From a virus, in IMG/VR virus record IMGVR_UViG_3300005058_000082, positions 1-46,152 of that record: DNA of 46,152 nt; one strand, given 5' to 3'. The notes under the pieces were generated by a model. That model worked only from the letters and a program-made list of their open reading frames with translations, was not told the origin of the DNA and searched no databases. Positions 45,351-46,152 of this stretch are shown here, piece after piece. How positions within the stretch are numbered: the first letter of the stretch is position 1; every line of letters begins with the position of its first letter. The translations under genes and the position numbers were made by a program.

Positions 45351-46099
45351 CCGCCAAGCGGACGATGGATGCCGAGCGCGCGCTGATCTGGGCCGTGCGC
45401 GATCAGCGCGTGGTGTGGTCGGAGACGGTGGCCGGGCTCTACGCGATCGAGCGCGAGGTGATGGGCGGGATCTGGTACTCGTCGAGCGCCGATGGCTGCG
45501 CCGAGATCGAGCGCCTGCAGGAGTTGGGCGTGCGGGTGGATGGCGGCGGGAGCGGGGGCGAGGCGCATCCCGACGCGGTGGCGATCTATCGGGCTGCGAT
45601 CACCGGCGACCGGCACGTCGACGGGCTGCTGCTGCGCTATGCCGATCTTGGCATGACGCCGCCGTGCGGCTTCGTCGAGCGGCGCTGCTATCCGGCGCGC
45701 GACGCGCGCGGCGACGTGATGGTGTGGATGACGGCGAACCGCTGGCGCTATTGCGAGCTGCGCTGGCTGGGCGGGGTGGAGGAGACCGATGCACGCCGTC
45801 GGGAGTACGTCGCCTGGTATGACGCGCTTGTGGCCTATGAGGCGCGGTTGCGTCGGGTCGAGCTGCAATCGATCGAGCTGGTTGCGCTCACCGTGCAGGC
45901 AGAGCCGTGGCGAGTCGTTGCATCAGGCCGTCCCGCAACGTTGCTCGACGCAACGCAGCGCGCGACGCTCATCGCTCATGCGCGCAACGGGGTGCGACCT
46001 GCACAGCTGGCGGAAATGCTGGGGCTCGGGGTCACTCAAATCTATGAGCAGCTGCGTGAGGCGCGCCGACGTGGCGACCTCGAAGCGGCGAGAGCTTGA
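45347..46099 (+). CDS. putative late-gene regulator (C-terminal HTH)
   Basis: Last early gene; GVRPAQLAEMLGLGVTQIYEQL HTH; followed by a promoter. Confidence 0.5.
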   Translation: MTAKRTMDAERALIWAVRDQRVVWSETVAGLYAIEREVMGGIWYSSSADGCAEIERLQELGVRVDGGGSGGEAHPDAVAIYRAAITGDRHVDGLLLRYADLGMTPPCGFVERRCYPARDARGDVMVWMTANRWRYCELRWLGGVEETDARRREYVAWYDALVAYEARLRRVELQSIELVALTVQAEPWRVVASGRPATLLDATQRATLIAHARNGVRPAQLAEMLGLGVTQIYEQLREARRRGDLEAARA

Positions 46100-46144
46100 C
46101 AGATTTGGGGTAATGCTTGACAGACTCCATCGAATGCTAGAGTT
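46094..46144 (+). promoter_or_regulatory. putative late promoter
   Basis: TTGACAG-N12-GCTAGAGT; GCTTGACAGA repeated 21 bp apart. Confidence 0.55.
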
Positions 46145-46152
46145 GCGCCCGC

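Noticed and set aside
1..46152. Closed circular or terminally redundant genome
   Set aside because: Ends do not overlap and the first gene lacks its start, so some sequence between the late promoter and the MTase is missing

Overview
The window holds a near-complete temperate, lambda-organised siphophage genome with high GC. The host is probably an alphaproteobacterium, judged from a GapR/DUF2312 homolog, an alpha-type LexA box and the head/tail gene types. Gene order on the + strand: ParB-methyltransferase (cut by the left edge), terS, terL(GpA), gpW, portal, S49 protease/scaffold, decoration, capsid, connectors, tail tube, frameshifted chaperone, tape measure, tail tip, fibre. Next come a lysis region split by a second structural cassette and several morons, including a lower-GC ClpP-class protease. 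These are followed by an intact attP containing the 5' half of tRNA-Pro(TGG), int/xis, and a leftward early operon. The immunity region has cI, cro and five 17-bp operators. The rightward early operon carries a CII-like protein, an HD hydrolase, an initiator with iterons and a probable late regulator. The best candidate for a new system is a TM-HIRAN + WYL-TerB gene pair in the lambda rexAB position. All protein calls come from reading motifs and synteny by eye; no database searches were run.
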